Shown here: positions 33,728 to 35,687 of the stretch, piece by piece
Layout: each line of letters starts with the position of its first letter
Position numbering within the stretch: the stretch's first letter is position 1
Assembly: GCA_003561025.1 (NCBI GenBank)
Contig: PWII01000074.1
Location: forward strand, 1-35,687
DNA from: Candidatus Nealsonbacteria bacterium
Lineage (GTDB): Bacteria; Patescibacteriota; Minisyncoccia; Minisyncoccales; PWPS01
Direction: 5' to 3'
Length of the DNA stretch: 35,687 nt
Notes under the pieces: model-generated
Databases searched by the model: none
Seen by the model: only the letters and a program-made list of their open reading frames with translations
Told to the model about the DNA's origin: nothing
Position numbers and translations under genes: made by a program

Positions 33728-35106
33728 CAATTAAGGAAACACAAGAAAAATTGAGAAAGAAAGAGATTGGATTAGAAGAGTTTCTCTCCCAGTTTTTTTC
33801 TCGCATCAAAGAGAGAAATAAGGATCTAAATGCGATTCTAACCACCTTTGAAGATGCTAAAGAGGAGATGGAAAAGATAAATAAGACATTGCCTCTTTAT
33901 GGCGCTGTTTTTGTTGTAAAAGACAATATTTTGGTTAAAGATAAGAGAGCTACTGCCGGGTCAAAGATGCTTGAACATTATATTGCTCCATACGATGCGA
34001 CTGTTGTCGAAAAGATAAAGGAGAAAGGAGGTCTTGTTATAGGAAAGGGAAATATGGATGAATTTGCAATGGGTTCTTCAACTGAAAACTCTGCCTTTGG
34101 GCCGACAAGAAATCCTTATGATTTGGAGAGAGTTCCCGGAGGCTCTTCCGGAGGATGTGCCGTGGCGATTGCAGATAATATGTGCAATGCTGCACTTGGA
34201 TCGGATACGGGTGGGTCGATAAGGCAACCTGCAGCATTTTGTGGTGTAGTCGGATTTAAACCGACGTATGGAACAGTATCGCGTAGCGGGGTTATCAGCA
34301 TGGCATCTTCTTTTGATCAAGTAGGTCCTTTTGCAAAGTGTGTGGATGATGCCCATCTTATATTTGAGGCAATTGCAGGCAAAGATAAAAAAGATTCGGT
34401 TACCAGTGATATAATTAAAAAAGAGAAAAAGGGGAGTATAAAAATTGGGGTTCCGAAAGAATATTTTGTTGCCGGGATAAATGATGATATTAAAAAAGTA
34501 ATCATGCAGGCAATAGACAAGATTGAAAAAAGCAAAATAGAGATTGTAGAGATAAGTCTTCCCTATACAGAGTATGCTCTTCCTACATATGAGATAATTA
34601 TGGCATCGGAGGTCTCTGCAAATATGGCAAGATTTGATGGGATAAGGTATGGTCTTGAGTTTGACAGACCTTTTGCTAAGACACTTAAGGAGGCATACTT
34701 GGAAAATAGAGGGGAAGGGCTTGGAAGAGAAGTAAAGAGGAGAATTATCTTAGGAACATACGCTCTTTCTTCCGGATATTTTGATGCCTACTATATTAAA
34801 GCTCAGAAAGTGAGGTCGCTTATTGCTGAGGACTTTAGGAACGCCTTTAACAAGGTAGATGTAATTATTACACCGACGACACCGACATTGCCATTTAAGA
34901 TAGGGGAAAAGATAGAAGATCCTTTATCTATGCATCTTTCCGATATCTTTACAGCTACTGCCAACCTGGCAGGTCTTCCTGCAATATCATTGCCATGTGG
35001 AAAAATTGGCAATCTGCCCGTAGGAGCACAGCTAATGGCAGATCGATTTTATGAGGATATATTATTTGAGGTTGCTAAAAAGGTTGAAAAAATATGGAAG
35101 AATTAA
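33724..35106 (+). CDS. gatA: Asp/Glu-tRNA(Asn/Gln) amidotransferase subunit A (amidase signature family)
   Basis: 460-aa ORF with amidase signature GGSSGG....A......ALGSDTGGSIR.PA.FCG..G.KPTYG.VSR.G and KDN.......T.AGSK.L motifs. Confidence 0.95.
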   Translation: MTIKETQEKLRKKEIGLEEFLSQFFSRIKERNKDLNAILTTFEDAKEEMEKINKTLPLYGAVFVVKDNILVKDKRATAGSKMLEHYIAPYDATVVEKIKEKGGLVIGKGNMDEFAMGSSTENSAFGPTRNPYDLERVPGGSSGGCAVAIADNMCNAALGSDTGGSIRQPAAFCGVVGFKPTYGTVSRSGVISMASSFDQVGPFAKCVDDAHLIFEAIAGKDKKDSVTSDIIKKEKKGSIKIGVPKEYFVAGINDDIKKVIMQAIDKIEKSKIEIVEISLPYTEYALPTYEIIMASEVSANMARFDGIRYGLEFDRPFAKTLKEAYLENRGEGLGREVKRRIILGTYALSSGYFDAYYIKAQKVRSLIAEDFRNAFNKVDVIITPTTPTLPFKIGEKIEDPLSMHLSDIFTATANLAGLPAISLPCGKIGNLPVGAQLMADRFYEDILFEVAKKVEKIWKN

Positions 35107-35630
35107 TTCAATCATCGATAAACTATATTCTAAACCCGGAACTTATATCACCGACTTTTCATAGCGTTTGGAGTGTAGCTCGAGGAATATTTTTTACGAT
35201 TTCTATAATATTAATTGGACTACTTGTTTTTCTCTTGTCAGTAAACTCTTATCTTGATTTAAGATTTAGGGAAAGATATACGGAGTTTAAGAAAGCAAAA
35301 CCCTACCATGAAGTAAAGTTAGATACCGATTGGAAAGAGGTCTCTTCTCAAGCACAAGATGAAAAAGAGGCAGAGAGAAAACTGGCTGTAATTGAAGCGG
35401 ATGATATGTTAAATAGCGCACTAGAACAGATAGGTTATTCGGGAGCGAACTTAGTCGAAAAGTTAAATGGATTAAATGAAGAGATTATACCCAATCTTGA
35501 AGATGTAAAAAAAGCACACAAGACAAGGAGAGATATTATATATGATCAAAGCAGAGACCTTTCTAAAGAGGAAGCAAAAGAGATTATCTCTATTTATGAA
35601 AAGGTATTTAAAGAATTACAGATTTTTTAG
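35094..35630 (+). CDS. Hypothetical single-pass membrane protein, 178 aa, with a helical K/E-rich C-terminal domain
   Basis: One predicted TM helix (IFFTISIILIGLLVFLLSV). I recognise no family motif. The start overlaps the gatA end by 13 nt, suggesting co-translation, at the place where gatB often sits. Confidence 0.65.
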   Translation: MEELIQSSINYILNPELISPTFHSVWSVARGIFFTISIILIGLLVFLLSVNSYLDLRFRERYTEFKKAKPYHEVKLDTDWKEVSSQAQDEKEAERKLAVIEADDMLNSALEQIGYSGANLVEKLNGLNEEIIPNLEDVKKAHKTRRDIIYDQSRDLSKEEAKEIISIYEKVFKELQIF

Positions 35631-35641
35631 TATTTAAACCT

Positions 35642-35687
35642 TTAAAACCCTTCGTCATTCTGAGGCGTTAGCCGAAGAATCTCTTCA
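35642..35687 (-). other. 3' end of a convergent minus-strand ORF running off the right edge (...EEILRLTPQNDEGF-stop), coincident with an imperfect hairpin
   Basis: The reverse complement reads gaa gag att ctt cgg cta acg cct cag aat gac gaa ggg ttt taa (stop at 35644-35642). attct(35657-61)/agaat(35676-80) and ggc/gcc arms form a hairpin. The ..L(R)..QND.. tail resembles a recurrent short motif I recall from many metagenomic hypothetical proteins. Confidence 0.3.

Noticed and set aside
1-35687. Alternative genetic code (UGA or UAA reassignment, as in some candidate phyla)
   Set aside because: TGA ends adk-like 1, adk-like 2, rseP and gatC at homologous C-termini. TAA ends most r-protein genes, and TAG ends map and rpmJ. 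There are no in-frame TGA or TAG codons within conserved genes. The only in-frame stop is the single TAA in fusA.
1-35687. CRISPR arrays, transposases, integrases, prophage or defence genes
   Set aside because: No spaced direct repeats, terminal inverted repeats or recombinase-like ORFs were seen. Every ORF over 60 aa with coding character is assigned to a housekeeping family or to one of two unknown membrane proteins.

Overview
AT-rich 35.7-kb window in which every credible gene lies on the + strand with short gaps or ATGA-type overlaps. It is almost entirely core housekeeping DNA. Block 1 (152-26116) is a fused translation super-cluster: rpsL-rpsG-fusA-tuf runs directly into the S10/spc/alpha ribosomal-protein operons (rpsJ ... 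rplO-secY-adk-map ... infA-rpmJ-rpsM-rpsK-rpsD-rpoA-rplQ) and then rplM-rpsI. It is closed by one strong intrinsic terminator (26139-26164). Block 2 (26305-35630) starts at a consensus-like promoter and reads murA-mreB-holB-frr-rseP-proS-mreB-gatC-gatA plus a small membrane protein. I saw no rRNA or tRNA genes, CRISPR arrays, transposases, integrases or obvious defence or secretion genes. The genetic code looks standard, since TAA, TGA and TAG all end homologous genes at the expected positions. Several traits suggest a reduced CPR/Patescibacteria-like genome, which is an inference: no L30 gene between S5 and L15, minimal AlaRS and ProRS, and missing uppS/cdsA/pyrH neighbours. I do not see a self-contained novel system here. 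The points worth follow-up are: (1) a single in-frame TAA inside an otherwise intact fusA; (2) two very different, translationally coupled adenylate-kinase-family genes at the adk position; (3) a 5-kb galT-tpiA-alaS-unknown insertion between map and infA, including a 401-aa membrane-anchored protein of unknown function; (4) domain-stripped AlaRS and ProRS; (5) Lys/Glu-rich extensions on several ribosomal proteins and RpoA; (6) near-absence of Shine-Dalgarno motifs; (7) a few conspicuous structured spacers and dyads in otherwise tightly packed operons.
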